DNA of 64,000 nt, taken from the NCBI GenBank assembly GCA_902588785.1, contig CACIQL010000001.1:85427-149426 (forward strand), in the 5' to 3' direction. The DNA comes from an uncultured Pelagibacteraceae bacterium. Lineage in GTDB: Bacteria > Pseudomonadota > Alphaproteobacteria > Pelagibacterales > AG-422-B15. Shown here piece by piece: positions 49,955 to 60,463 of this stretch (within the stretch, counting starts at the first letter, position 1; each line of letters starts with the position of its first letter). The position numbers were made by a program, and so were the translations under genes. The notes under the pieces are model-generated. The model was not told the DNA's origin. It worked only from the letters and a program-made list of their open reading frames with translations, and searched no databases.

Positions 49955-50791
49955 TCGACTTTTGATTAACCGATCTAAAATTCTGTCAGGCAATAACATT
50001 GGAAGAGTCCAGTACATCATTCTACTTGGTGTAATGGCATACCTTGTTTTTCTGTTTGGATTATGTAGCGCATTAAAAACTAATTTTCCCACCTCTTCAG
50101 CCGGAAAGGCAATCTTCTTAGCGTTTTTCATTCTTTTCGGTATTCCTTTCGCATCGTTTGCATAATCAGTTTTTTTGAGGCTTTGTATGAATTTTTTGTC
50201 AATTTTATCAAAAATTTCGGTTTTTATTGGACCTGGTCCAATAACCACTACATCTACTCCGTACCTCATCAACTCTCTTCTTAAACTATGACTTAAGCCT
50301 TCCAATCCAAATTTAGATGCAGTATATGCTCCAACACCAGGCATACCAATCTTTCCAGAAATCGAACTTATATTGAAAATTACACCCTTCTTCAAATTAT
50401 TATTTTTTTCTGCTCCACATAATGGCGCAAAATATTTTATGACTCTAAATGCGCCATTTAAATTAATATCAATTTGTTTTTCAAAATCTTTTACTTTTTG
50501 AAGCAATAGAGGGCCAGATATTGCTACACCTGCGTTATTGATCAAAGCAAGAAGGTTCGAATTTTTAAGATCCTTTTTCAAAAATGCTACAGCCTTTTTT
50601 AGCTGAGCTTCTTTTGTTACATCAAAGATTAAAGGTGTAAAACTATCTTTATAAATTTTTTTTAATCTGTTTGCATCTTTTGAATTACGAACACTTCCAT
50701 ATACATGAAAACCGTTTTTTACAAAATAACTGAGTGTTCCTAGCCCAATACCAGTAGAGACACCTGTGATCATAATAGATTTTTTACTCAT
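49946..50791 (-). CDS. short-chain dehydrogenase/reductase (SDR)
   Basis: 281 aa with TGVSTGIGLG, NNAG, and catalytic YTASK. Confidence 0.9.
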   Translation of the reverse strand: MSKKSIMITGVSTGIGLGTLSYFVKNGFHVYGSVRNSKDANRLKKIYKDSFTPLIFDVTKEAQLKKAVAFLKKDLKNSNLLALINNAGVAISGPLLLQKVKDFEKQIDINLNGAFRVIKYFAPLCGAEKNNNLKKGVIFNISSISGKIGMPGVGAYTASKFGLEGLSHSLRRELMRYGVDVVVIGPGPIKTEIFDKIDKKFIQSLKKTDYANDAKGIPKRMKNAKKIAFPAEEVGKLVFNALHNPNRKTRYAITPSRMMYWTLPMLLPDRILDRLIKSRSG

Positions 50792-51741
50792 AGTCTTGCT
50801 CCATAAATTTGAATTATTTTCGAGGCGAATACTACACCCTCATTCCCACATTGCTCTAAATTTTCACCATTAATGTATCCAAGTAAGAAGCCTGCAGCAA
50901 ATAAATCTCCTGCCCCAGTAGTATCGACTAAATTTTCAATTTGCTTAGCTTTTATCTTAATACATTGATCTTTATAAACAATCATGGCACCTTTTTCACC
51001 AAGTGTGATAGCAAATATTTTATCATGCTGACTTATAATTTTGAGACAATCATCAAGACTATCTTTTTGATAAAGCGATTTAATTTCCTCTTCATTTGCA
51101 AAAATTATATCAGCTTCATTATTAACTAGATTTAAAAAACTTTCTCTAAATCGTTCAATGCAAAAAACATCAGAAACACTAAATGCAACTAACCTGTTTG
51201 CCTCTTTAGAAATTTTTATAGCTTTTTTAATTGCCTCTTGCGCATCATAAAGATCCCAAAGGTATCCTTCAAGATAAGTAATTTTTGACTGCGCTATAAC
51301 ATCCTCATTGATATCATTTGATTTTAGTTTTTGAGAAATTCCTAAATATGTACTCATTGTTCGTTGTGCATCTGGCGTTACCATTACTAGACATCTTCCA
51401 GTTTCACTTTCATCTGATTGGGCCTTATTTGCAAAAACAACTTTTTCTTTTTCAAGACCTTGAATAAACGAATTTCCAACTTCATCTTTACCTACTTTGC
51501 CGATGAAAGCAGATTTGATATTATTTTGAGCTAATGCAACGATAGAGTTTGCGACTGATCCTCCAGAGACATTAGCTTTTATATCAATTTTATTTGATAG
51601 GGATTTGATAGTATCTAAATCTACAAGTGACATAAGCCCTTTTCTTAGCTCTTGTTGATTTATAAATTCATCATTTACATCCGTGATTACATCAACAATT
51701 GCATTTCCTATACCAACAATATCAAATTCTTGACTCACCAT
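50788..51741 (-). CDS. PfkB-family carbohydrate/nucleoside kinase (adenosine kinase-like)
   Basis: IVGIGNAIVDV at the N-terminus and the DTTGAGDLFAAGFL C-terminal PfkB signature. ATG at 51741. Confidence 0.85.
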   Translation of the reverse strand: MVSQEFDIVGIGNAIVDVITDVNDEFINQQELRKGLMSLVDLDTIKSLSNKIDIKANVSGGSVANSIVALAQNNIKSAFIGKVGKDEVGNSFIQGLEKEKVVFANKAQSDESETGRCLVMVTPDAQRTMSTYLGISQKLKSNDINEDVIAQSKITYLEGYLWDLYDAQEAIKKAIKISKEANRLVAFSVSDVFCIERFRESFLNLVNNEADIIFANEEEIKSLYQKDSLDDCLKIISQHDKIFAITLGEKGAMIVYKDQCIKIKAKQIENLVDTTGAGDLFAAGFLLGYINGENLEQCGNEGVVFASKIIQIYGARL

Positions 51742-52466
51742 GTCTCCACCCAAGGACGTAAATCCAACTCAAACGTCCACGCATTTTTTGGTTGATTATG
51801 TATCATCAAGTAGTTTTGCGCAATATCATCTGGCTTCATCAAACCATCAATTTTTTTCTTTTCTTTGACATACTCAGGAAAAAGCTTATTCACCCACGGC
51901 GTATCAATTGCTCCATCTACAATAACATGAGCGACATGGATACCTTTTGGCGCTAATTCTTTCGCCATACTTTGTGCCAAAGCTCTTTTCGCTTGTTTAG
52001 CACCTGAGAATGCAGCAAATCCTTCTTTACCTCTTATACTGGCTGTCGCGCCGGTAAATATGATTGTCCCTTTTTTTCTTGGTATCATTTTTCTTGTTAC
52101 TTCTCTTCCCATTAAAAAAGCTCCAAAAGTCGCCATTTCCCATACTTTATAATATTTTTTTGAGGTTGTTTCTAAAATGTTGAAACGAATGTTGGCTCCA
52201 ATGTTGTATACGGCCACATTAATTTCACCAATTTCTGTTTCAATCTTATTAATAAAGTTAATTACATCCTCCTCTTTTCTTGCGTCTAAACTATATGCGA
52301 AACACTTTCCGCCGTTTTTTTCAATTTCTTCTTTAAGTGGCGATAATTGATCCCCGTTCCTTCTAGCAACTACAGTAATGAAGTTATTCTGTGCAAATAC
52401 TCTCGCTACCGCAGAACCAAGGCTGTCACCCGCTCCGATAATGAGTGCTACTTCTTTATTGATCAT
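51735..52466 (-). CDS. short-chain dehydrogenase/reductase (SDR)
   Basis: The ATG at 52466 gives MINKEVALIIGAGDSLGSA (TGxxxGxG-like), followed by an SDR-like body. Confidence 0.85.
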   Translation of the reverse strand: MINKEVALIIGAGDSLGSAVARVFAQNNFITVVARRNGDQLSPLKEEIEKNGGKCFAYSLDARKEEDVINFINKIETEIGEINVAVYNIGANIRFNILETTSKKYYKVWEMATFGAFLMGREVTRKMIPRKKGTIIFTGATASIRGKEGFAAFSGAKQAKRALAQSMAKELAPKGIHVAHVIVDGAIDTPWVNKLFPEYVKEKKKIDGLMKPDDIAQNYLMIHNQPKNAWTFELDLRPWVETW

Positions 52467-52525
52467 AATGAATAAAGTTATCAGCAAACAATAGACAGTT
52501 AAAGGTGTTTTATTTTTATAACTAT

Positions 52526-53179
52526 TTATGCTTTTTTTGTTTTAATTGGCTTTTTTCTAGTTGGATAACAAGTTTTACATATTTTACACTCTATTCCAAA
52601 ACAACTTCGTGCTTCACAATATTCCCTTCCATAAAATATTATCTGTAAATGTAACTTGTTCCATAGTTTTTCAGGAAATATTTTTTTTAAATCATGTTCA
52701 GTTTGCTTTACACTCTTACCATTTGTTAACCCCCATCTTTGGGCAAGTCGATGAATATGAGTGTCAACAGGAAATGCTGGGTGACCAAAACCCTGCGACA
52801 TTACAACACTAGCTGTTTTATGCCCTACTCCAGGAAGCGCCTCTAGATCTTCAAAGGTTTCTGGAACCTCACCACTATAATTTTTCATTAATATTTTTGA
52901 TAGCTTTGAGATAGCTTTTGATTTTTGTGGAGCAAGACCACAGGGTCTAACAATATTATAAATGGTTTTGACTGGTAGCTTCTCCATTTTCGCAGGATTA
53001 TTTGCTTTTTTAAAAAGCAAAGGAGTTACTTCATTAACTCTTTTATCCGTACACTGCGCACTTAGAAGAACAGAAATTAATAATTCAAAATTATTTTTAT
53101 GATTTAGTGGAATTGGGGTTTTGGGATAAATTTTATTTAAAATACTAATAATTTTTTTTGCCTTATCAGCCTTTAACAT
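52526..53179 (-). CDS. nth: endonuclease III
   Basis: 217 aa with HhH-GPD (LPGVGHKTASVV), catalytic-region VDTHIHR, and a C-terminal Cys cluster (4Fe-4S). Confidence 0.95.
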   Translation of the reverse strand: MLKADKAKKIISILNKIYPKTPIPLNHKNNFELLISVLLSAQCTDKRVNEVTPLLFKKANNPAKMEKLPVKTIYNIVRPCGLAPQKSKAISKLSKILMKNYSGEVPETFEDLEALPGVGHKTASVVMSQGFGHPAFPVDTHIHRLAQRWGLTNGKSVKQTEHDLKKIFPEKLWNKLHLQIIFYGREYCEARSCFGIECKICKTCYPTRKKPIKTKKA

Positions 53180-53196
53180 TATGGTTCTTTTTCAGC

Positions 53197-54006
53197 CTAA
53201 TTTATATTTAGCACATCCGACATGTCAAATAGGCCAGGTTTTTTGTTCATGCCCCATTTCACAGCTTGTATTGCTCCGTTAGCAAAAATACCCCTATCTT
53301 TCGCTGTATGCTTGATAATAATATCCTCATCCCTGCTTGAAAAAATAATTTCATGATCACCAATTACTTCACCTTTGCGGAAGGATGAGACTACAATTTT
53401 ATCTTTAGTACTTTTAGACTTTATGTTTAGACGAGAGATTTTTTTTATATTTTCAAATTTTTTATTTTTACCTTCTGCTGCAGCTTGTCCCATCATTACT
53501 GCAGTGCCTGAAGGTGCATCAATTTTATGTCGATGATGCGTTTCGTTTATCATTGTGTCAAAATCATTTTTTAAACTTGAGGAACTTATTTTAATTAATT
53601 TATTTATTAGGTTTATACCTAAACTCATATTACCTGATTTTATGATTGTTGCATGCTGCGCAGCGAGTTTAATTTTTTTTAATTGAGAGCTATTAAAACC
53701 TGTAGTTCCAATTATATGTACTATTCTTGCTTGAGCTGCATATTTTGTATGTATCAAAGTTGCTTCAGGAGTTGTGAAGTCAATAACAGCGTCGGTTTTA
53801 GCAAATAATGGAATTATATTATCTGTGACTTTAATTCTTAATTTTTTCGTTTTGAGTAATTGACCTAAATCCTTACCAATAGCTTTATGTCCACTTCTCT
53901 CGGTTGCACCATACAAAACAAGTGATTTATCTTTCAAAACTCTTTTAGCGATTTGCATTCCCATGCGTCCGGTTACGCCAGTTATGACAATTTTTATTTT
54001 TTTCAT
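53197..54006 (-). CDS. dapB: 4-hydroxy-tetrahydrodipicolinate reductase
   Basis: 269 aa with VITGVTGRMG and ETHHRHKIDAPSGTA motif. Confidence 0.9.
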   Translation of the reverse strand: MKKIKIVITGVTGRMGMQIAKRVLKDKSLVLYGATERSGHKAIGKDLGQLLKTKKLRIKVTDNIIPLFAKTDAVIDFTTPEATLIHTKYAAQARIVHIIGTTGFNSSQLKKIKLAAQHATIIKSGNMSLGINLINKLIKISSSSLKNDFDTMINETHHRHKIDAPSGTAVMMGQAAAEGKNKKFENIKKISRLNIKSKSTKDKIVVSSFRKGEVIGDHEIIFSSRDEDIIIKHTAKDRGIFANGAIQAVKWGMNKKPGLFDMSDVLNIN

Positions 54007-54045
54007 TAATTTAGGATAATCGAAATAACTGAAAAAGTAAGTTTT

Positions 54046-55182
54046 TTAAGCTTTTGTTTTCCAAAAATCCTTAGCTTTTTTAAAAAATGCCGATGCTAAA
54101 GGACTCTCATTTTGATCACTGGTTTCTTGAAAGGATTTCAATATTTCAATTTGCTTCTTACTTAAATTTACTGGTGTTTCAACTTTTGCCTGAATATACA
54201 AATCACCTAAATAACCGTTGCGAACATTAGGCATGCCTTTTGATTTTAATCTGAATTGGTCACCAGATTGAGTACCTTGAGGTATTTTTAGCCTTGCTTT
54301 ACCGCCATCTATTGTCGGTATGTCAATAGCGCCGCCAACAGCAGCATCAACCATAGATATTGGGACCTCAGCAAATAGATTTTCATTCTCACGAGCAAAT
54401 ATTTCGTGCTCATTTACATTTACAAATATATATAAGTCCCCCTGCTGCCCGCCGTTTAGACCCGCTTCACCTTCTCCAGATAGTCTTATTCTAGAACCGT
54501 CATCAACTCCTTTTGGTATTTTCACCATCAAACTCTTTGTTTTCTGCGTTCTCCCAGTTCCGCTACATGGTCTGCATGGATCTGAAATAGTTGAACCGCT
54601 TCCCTGACAAGTTGGACAAGTTTGTTGAATTGAAAAAAAACCCTGCTGCGAGCGAATCTGTCCTTTTCCTCCACATGACTGACAAGTTACCCGCTGACTT
54701 CCTTGAGATGCGCCAGAACCTGAACAAGAGTCGCATTGAACTTGAGTTGGAATTTTTACTTTGAATTTTTTACCATTAAACGCTTCTTCAAGACTAACAG
54801 TAATATCATATCTTAAGTCTGAGCCACGATTATTTGATTTTCTTCTACGATTTCCCCCGCCACCAAAAAAGGATGAGTCTCCAAAAAAGTCTTCAAAAAT
54901 ATCTTGAAAAGCTGATGAATTAAAATCAAAACCAAAACCGCCCTGGCCTGTGTTACCATCCACTGCCGCATGACCAAACTGGTCGTAAGCTGAACGTTTT
55001 TCTTTATCATGAAGTACAGCGTATGCTTCACTCGCCTCTTTGAATTTAACTTCCGCATCTGCATCACCCTGATTACGATCAGGATGATATTTCATTGCTA
55101 GTTTTCTGTAGGCTTTTTTTATTTCAGAGTCATCAGCTGACTTGGAAACGCCAAGAACTTCATAATAGTCTCTTTTTGACAT
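54046..55182 (-). CDS. dnaJ: molecular chaperone DnaJ
   Basis: 378 aa with a J domain (HPD), a G/F region, and four CxxCxGxG zinc-finger repeats. Confidence 0.97.
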   Translation of the reverse strand: MSKRDYYEVLGVSKSADDSEIKKAYRKLAMKYHPDRNQGDADAEVKFKEASEAYAVLHDKEKRSAYDQFGHAAVDGNTGQGGFGFDFNSSAFQDIFEDFFGDSSFFGGGGNRRRKSNNRGSDLRYDITVSLEEAFNGKKFKVKIPTQVQCDSCSGSGASQGSQRVTCQSCGGKGQIRSQQGFFSIQQTCPTCQGSGSTISDPCRPCSGTGRTQKTKSLMVKIPKGVDDGSRIRLSGEGEAGLNGGQQGDLYIFVNVNEHEIFARENENLFAEVPISMVDAAVGGAIDIPTIDGGKARLKIPQGTQSGDQFRLKSKGMPNVRNGYLGDLYIQAKVETPVNLSKKQIEILKSFQETSDQNESPLASAFFKKAKDFWKTKA

Positions 55183-55194
55183 AAGCTTACCTGC

Positions 55195-57120
55195 TTACGA
55201 TTGCTTATTATCTTCTTTGACTTCCTCGAATTCAGCATCAACAACCTTTTCATTATTTTGGTCAGATCCAGCAGCTGTATTGTCAGATGGCTCGTTTGGA
55301 TTAGGATCATCTTGTTGCTGAGCCTTATACATTGCTTCACCTAATTTCATAGACGATTGAGTTAATGCTTCAAGTCCACTTTTAATCTTATCGGTATCGT
55401 CTGAAGCGACAGCTTCTTTTAAAGCCTTAATATCATTTTCAATTGTATTCTTTTCTTGCTCAGAAACCTTATCACCAAACTCTTTTAGATTTTTCTCAGC
55501 AGAGTGTATCATTGTGTCTGCTTGGTTTTTAACATCAACACCTTCTCGCTTTTTCTTATCTGCTTCCGCGTTGGCTTCAGCTTCCTTAACCATTTTGTCG
55601 ATCTCTTCTTCACTCAAACCACCCGATGCTTGTATTTTAATTTGTTGTTCTTTTCCTGTACCTTTGTCTTTTGCAGACACATTTACAATACCATTAGCGT
55701 CAATATCAAATGTTACTTCAATTTGAGGAACACCCCTTGGCGCAGGTGGTATGCCGACTAAGTCAAAGTTACCAAGTAATTTATTATCAGCAGCCATTTC
55801 TCTTTCACCCTGACACACTCGTATTGTTACAGCAGTTTGATTGTCATCAGCAGTTGAAAATACCTGACTTTTTTTTGTTGGAATTGTTGTATTTTTATCA
55901 ATTAATTTTGTAAAGACGCCACCAAGAGTTTCAATACCAAGGGATAGAGGTGTAACATCAAGCAGTAATACATCCTTAACATCTCCTTGAAGAATACCAG
56001 CTTGAATAGCTGCACCTTGTGCAACAACTTCATCTGGGTTCACTCCTTTATTTGGTTCTTTACCAAAGAAGTTTTTAACAGTTTCTATCACTTTTGGCAT
56101 TCTTGTCATTCCACCAACCAAGACTACCTCGTCAATTTCACCGGCACTCAAACCGGCATCCTTGAGAGCGGCATCACATGGTTTAATTGTTTTTTCAATT
56201 AAATCATCAACAAGTGTTTCAAGCTTTGCTCTTGTCACCTTGATATTTAAATGTTTAGGGCCTGATTGATCAGCTGTAATAAATGGTAAATTAATTTCTG
56301 TTTGAGATGTTGAAGATAATTCGATCTTAGCCTTCTCAGCAGATTCTTTTAATCTTTGGAGCGCTAATTTATCTTGAGTAAGGTCAATATTATTTTCTTT
56401 CTTAAATTCTTCAGCAAGATAATTTAAAAGACGAGTGTCAAAGTCCTCACCACCTAAAAATGTATCACCATTTGTTGACTTTACTTCAAAAACTCCATCA
56501 CCAATTTCTAAGATTGAAATATCAAAAGTACCACCACCTAAATCATATACAGCAATAGTTTTCCCATCCTTCTTATCTAAACCATATGCTAGTGCAGCAG
56601 CAGTTGGCTCATTGACTATTCTTTCAACCTCAAGTCCAGCTATTTTACCAGCATCTTTAGTAGCTTGTCTTTGAGCATCATTAAAGTAAGCAGGAACAGT
56701 GATGACTGCTTTTTCAACTTTTTCTCCTAAATACCTTTCTGCATCCTCTTTTAATTTTTGAAGTACAAAGGCAGAAATTTGAGATGGTGAATATTTTTCA
56801 GATCCTGACTCTACCCATGCATCACCATTTTCAGATTTAATGATTTTAAAAGGCACCATGTCAGCATCTTTTTTGACCATTGGGTCTTCGAAAGACCTAC
56901 CTATAAGTCTCTTGATCGCAAAAAATGTATTTTCAGGATTTGTGACGCCTTGCCTTTTTGCAGGTTGTCCAACTAACTTTTCTTCATCACTTCCAAAACT
57001 TATAATTGAAGGCGTAGTTCTAGATCCTTCAGCATTTTCAATAACCTTAGGGTCCTTCCCATCCATTATCGAGATACAACTATTTGTAGTCCCTAAATCT
57101 ATTCCTATTACTTTTGCCAT
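55195..57120 (-). CDS. dnaK: molecular chaperone DnaK (Hsp70)
   Basis: The ATG at 57120 gives [14 protein letters not shown]. The protein shows full Hsp70 architecture. Confidence 0.98.
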   Translation of the reverse strand: MAKVIGIDLGTTNSCISIMDGKDPKVIENAEGSRTTPSIISFGSDEEKLVGQPAKRQGVTNPENTFFAIKRLIGRSFEDPMVKKDADMVPFKIIKSENGDAWVESGSEKYSPSQISAFVLQKLKEDAERYLGEKVEKAVITVPAYFNDAQRQATKDAGKIAGLEVERIVNEPTAAALAYGLDKKDGKTIAVYDLGGGTFDISILEIGDGVFEVKSTNGDTFLGGEDFDTRLLNYLAEEFKKENNIDLTQDKLALQRLKESAEKAKIELSSTSQTEINLPFITADQSGPKHLNIKVTRAKLETLVDDLIEKTIKPCDAALKDAGLSAGEIDEVVLVGGMTRMPKVIETVKNFFGKEPNKGVNPDEVVAQGAAIQAGILQGDVKDVLLLDVTPLSLGIETLGGVFTKLIDKNTTIPTKKSQVFSTADDNQTAVTIRVCQGEREMAADNKLLGNFDLVGIPPAPRGVPQIEVTFDIDANGIVNVSAKDKGTGKEQQIKIQASGGLSEEEIDKMVKEAEANAEADKKKREGVDVKNQADTMIHSAEKNLKEFGDKVSEQEKNTIENDIKALKEAVASDDTDKIKSGLEALTQSSMKLGEAMYKAQQQDDPNPNEPSDNTAAGSDQNNEKVVDAEFEEVKEDNKQS

Positions 57121-57150
57121 ATTTTTACTCTGAATTGATATTTGTTTTAT

Positions 57151-57178
57151 ATATGGGTAGTTGATTTTGCAGTACAAC
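57151..57178 (-). promoter_or_regulatory. putative RpoH (sigma32)-type heat-shock promoter of dnaKJ
   Basis: The minus strand reads GTTG (57178-57175), N17, CCCATAT (57157-57151). This resembles the alphaproteobacterial RpoH consensus CTTG-N17/18-CC(C/T)ATNT and lies about 30 nt upstream of the dnaK ATG. Confidence 0.35.
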
Positions 57179-57239
57179 CCCTTACTTAAAAAAAGAGTAA
57201 AATGAGATTGTTAATTATTATTATACTATCATATTGATA

Positions 57240-57794
57240 TTATTTAACTTTTTTCTTTACCACGCCTACAAGTGCTGGTCTTAGAAGTCTATCTCCAATT
57301 TTGTACCCCTCTTGAACAACCTCAGCTACAGTTCCTGCTTCTTGATCATCCTTTTCAACTTCAAACATCGCTTGGTGGATATTCGGATCAAATTGCTCAC
57401 CCAGTGATTTAATTTGTTCAATCTTAAATCTTTCAAAAGTAGATATAATTTGTTTTTCGGTAAGCTCAATTCCCTCAAATAGTTGTGTAAGACTGTCTGA
57501 TTTTTCTTTTACTTCTTTGACTTTAACTGAAGCTATAGCTCTTTGTAGATTATCGAGAACTGATAGTATCTCTTTTGCGAAATTTGAAATCACATAATTG
57601 CTTAAGTCCTCTTTTTCTCTATCAAATCTTTTTCTTAGATTTTCATTTTCAGCTAGGCTTGTTAGAAGCCTACTTTCAAGCTCTTTTAGCTTATCATTAT
57701 CATCAGCACCCGCATCTTCTGTTATTACTTCAGAATTTTCATCTACTTTAGCTGGCTTGGGGTCTAAATTTTTTTTATTTTTATTTTTGGCCAT
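57240..57794 (-). CDS. grpE: nucleotide exchange factor GrpE
   Basis: 184 aa with a coiled-coil N-terminus, ENLRKRFDRE, and C-terminal GY..GDRLLRPALV. Confidence 0.93.
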   Translation of the reverse strand: MAKNKNKKNLDPKPAKVDENSEVITEDAGADDNDKLKELESRLLTSLAENENLRKRFDREKEDLSNYVISNFAKEILSVLDNLQRAIASVKVKEVKEKSDSLTQLFEGIELTEKQIISTFERFKIEQIKSLGEQFDPNIHQAMFEVEKDDQEAGTVAEVVQEGYKIGDRLLRPALVGVVKKKVK

Positions 57795-57853
57795 ATTTAA
57801 TTATGTAATGATCTATATTATTTTCGTCAATACATAGTATAATTTATCGCTCA

Positions 57854-58567
57854 ATGAGAAATAATAGAAATATTAACCAATTAAGAGATATAGAAATAAT
57901 TCCTAATTTTTCATATAATCCGGAAGGCTCATGCTTAATAAAATGTGGCGATACGCATGTGATCTGCAGTGCGTCGCTTGATAGAAATTTACCAAGATGG
58001 TTAAAAAATTCAGAGAATGGGTGGGTAACAGCAGAATACGGGATGTTACCAAGTTCAACTTCTGAGAGAATGTCTAGAGAGGCCGCCAAAGGTAAACAAT
58101 CTGGTAGAACACAGGAAATACAAAGACTAATTGGAAGATCATTAAGATCTATAGTTAATTTAGAAGATTTAAGAGAATTACAAATAATAATAGATTGTGA
58201 TGTTATTCAAGCAGATGGTGGAACAAGAACTGCTTCAATTTCAGGATCATTTATCGCACTTCAATTATGCATAAATCATATGCTTAATAAAAAAATTATA
58301 AAAAAAAATCCAATAAGTGAATATGTTGCCGCAATCAGCTGTGGAATTATAAATGGTGAACCTTATTTAGACTTAGATTTTGAGGAAGATCAAAATGCTG
58401 AAGTAGATGCAAATTTTGTAATAACAGAAAGTGGTAAACTAGTTGAAGTACAGATGACTTCGGAAAAGAAGCTTTGTGAGGAGAGGTCATTTAATGCAAT
58501 GTTGGAGCTTGCAAAATCAGGGATCTCTGAGATCATCCAAATGCAAAAACAAATTTTAAGTGATTAA
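57854..58567 (+). CDS. rph: ribonuclease PH
   Basis: 237 aa with GSCLIKCGDTHV, GWVTAEYGMLP, GRTQEIQRLIGRSLR, and QADGGTRTASI. Confidence 0.95.
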   Translation: MRNNRNINQLRDIEIIPNFSYNPEGSCLIKCGDTHVICSASLDRNLPRWLKNSENGWVTAEYGMLPSSTSERMSREAAKGKQSGRTQEIQRLIGRSLRSIVNLEDLRELQIIIDCDVIQADGGTRTASISGSFIALQLCINHMLNKKIIKKNPISEYVAAISCGIINGEPYLDLDFEEDQNAEVDANFVITESGKLVEVQMTSEKKLCEERSFNAMLELAKSGISEIIQMQKQILSD

Positions 58568-59174
58568 AAATATAAAAGAAATAGTTATTGCCAGTCATAA
58601 CGAAGGAAAGGTAAGAGAAATCAGATCTTTATTAAAGCCAATGGGTTTCAAAATTTACTCTGCAAAAAAATTTTGTATCAATGAACCAATCGAAAACGGA
58701 AAAACTTTTAAAGAAAATTCTCTAATAAAATCAAAAAATGCTGCCAAAAAATCAGGCATTCCTGCCATAGCTGACGATAGTGGTCTTTGTATTCTATCGC
58801 TTGGTAATCAGCCTGGAATTTATTCAGCCAGATGGGCAGGAAAGGATAAAAATTTCAACACGGCAATCAGAAAAATACATAAAAAAATTCATAAAAATAA
58901 TTATGTAAACAAGAGCTCTCGAAAAGCTTTTTTTTGTTGTGCTTTATCCATTTATTTTCCAGATAATAATTACAGAGTATTCGAAGGAAAAAAATATGGA
59001 CATGTTCAGTTCCCCCCTCTGGGCAAAAATGGTTTTGGATATGATCCTATTTTTGTACCAATTGGTTATAAAAAAACATTTGGTGAAATGAATTTCGATT
59101 ATAAGGAAAGAATAAGTCATCGATCAATAGCATTTAAAAAAATGAAAACGTACTTAGAAAGATTTATAGATTAA
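58560..59174 (+). CDS. rdgB: non-canonical purine NTP pyrophosphatase RdgB (Ham1 family)
   Basis: 204 aa with ASHNEGKVREI, ADDSGL, GFGYDPIF, and SHR. GTG start overlaps the rph stop. Confidence 0.9.
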   Translation: MIKNIKEIVIASHNEGKVREIRSLLKPMGFKIYSAKKFCINEPIENGKTFKENSLIKSKNAAKKSGIPAIADDSGLCILSLGNQPGIYSARWAGKDKNFNTAIRKIHKKIHKNNYVNKSSRKAFFCCALSIYFPDNNYRVFEGKKYGHVQFPPLGKNGFGYDPIFVPIGYKKTFGEMNFDYKERISHRSIAFKKMKTYLERFID

Positions 59175-60463
59175 TTTAAAAGATTAAATTTTTGATTCCT
59201 TATTTTATATATTTTTGGTTGACGTGAGACATTGCCATTTGAAGTCATTTTAAACCACCCGTTTATACCAATAAAGCCATTGGAGTTATGCAGCTTATCT
59301 ATTGTGAAATTATTTTTGTCTTGATGAAGATTACTGATGAGTCCAATAATATCATAACTTAACGCCGCTAAATAGTGTGGCTTAGTATTGAAAATTTCTA
59401 AATACATATCCTCAAATTTTCTCCGATTATCTATGTCGAGTGAAGCGAAGTATCCATTATCTAAACCTGGTTCCTTTAGTGATAAATTTCTAGCCCACAA
59501 TGAACTTCCAATATATTGCACTTTTTTAGGGTCCACGTCGTAATATGGAAGTATAGAGCTGAAGTTTGACACTTCTTGAAAATTTTGCGCAAAAATTATC
59601 AAGGCTTCAAAATTTAATTCACCGTAAGTATCTAATTTTTTTAACTTCTTCAATTCCTCTTTAGCTTTTTCAGAATTTTCTTTTTCCAATTGTTTAATCT
59701 TCTTTTCTAAATTAGCTTTTCTTTCTTCAAAATTAGAAACATTCTTTGAAACATCATAAAAATCTGGTGAATTTGGATTATAGAAAATAAATTTAAAGGT
59801 CGATAAATTATTTTTAGACTGAAATTGCTTAATTTCTTTTTCAACACGACTTCCAAACTCATTTTTTGGAACTAATACAGCATATTTTTTTAAATTACGC
59901 TTAATGGAATAGGTTAATAATTCCTTTATTTCATCTTCTAATTTAAGCCCAAATACATATAACCTGTTGTCTTGTATTTTAGAATTATTAGAAAATGCAA
60001 CAATGGGTATATCTTTATTTTTTGTAATCTCCCTGACCTGATTTACTTTATCAGAGAAAACTGGCCCGATAATTATATCTATATCATCTTCAAGTACGCT
60101 ATATAATCGAGATAATAACTGCTCTTCATCACCTGTATCAATTATTGTAAATGTTATTTTCTTATTATTTTTTTTTTCAACAGCTAATTGAGCAGAGTTT
60201 AATAACGATTTACCTATTTGATAATGTTTACCGCTTAAAGGGAGCATCAAAACAATATTAAGAAATTCCCTTTGAGCAGTATCTTTCTCCTCATTCAAAA
60301 TCTGCGATGATAAAGAATTATTATTTATATTCTTATTATCTAATTTTATAGATTTATTATATGTGGTAGTTTTATTTTGGTGATTATTTGGAGTCTCACA
60401 ACTTATAAAGCCAATGAATGTAAAGACTGCTATTAGTAGTATAAATTTTTTTTTTAGATACAT
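59171..60463 (-). CDS. penicillin-binding protein activator LpoA/LppC-like lipoprotein
   Basis: 430 aa with signal plus lipobox (FIGFISCET). LMLPLSGKHYQIGKSLLNSAQLA resembles the LppC/periplasmic-binding fold. It is divergent from rsmI, as yraM/lpoA is in E. coli. Confidence 0.65.
   Translation of the reverse strand: MYLKKKFILLIAVFTFIGFISCETPNNHQNKTTTYNKSIKLDNKNINNNSLSSQILNEEKDTAQREFLNIVLMLPLSGKHYQIGKSLLNSAQLAVEKKNNKKITFTIIDTGDEEQLLSRLYSVLEDDIDIIIGPVFSDKVNQVREITKNKDIPIVAFSNNSKIQDNRLYVFGLKLEDEIKELLTYSIKRNLKKYAVLVPKNEFGSRVEKEIKQFQSKNNLSTFKFIFYNPNSPDFYDVSKNVSNFEERKANLEKKIKQLEKENSEKAKEELKKLKKLDTYGELNFEALIIFAQNFQEVSNFSSILPYYDVDPKKVQYIGSSLWARNLSLKEPGLDNGYFASLDIDNRRKFEDMYLEIFNTKPHYLAALSYDIIGLISNLHQDKNNFTIDKLHNSNGFIGINGWFKMTSNGNVSRQPKIYKIRNQKFNLLN

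Noticed and set aside
55504-57133. Multiple 60-97 aa ORFs on the plus strand antisense to dnaK. Similar antisense ORFs occur inside purH, the MFS gene, rho, hslU, mnmG, dnaJ and other genes.
   Set aside because: All lie fully inside long, confidently identified genes. They have low-complexity Ser/Leu/Phe-rich translations typical of the antisense frame of AT-rich genes, and they lack start contexts. I treat them as spurious.
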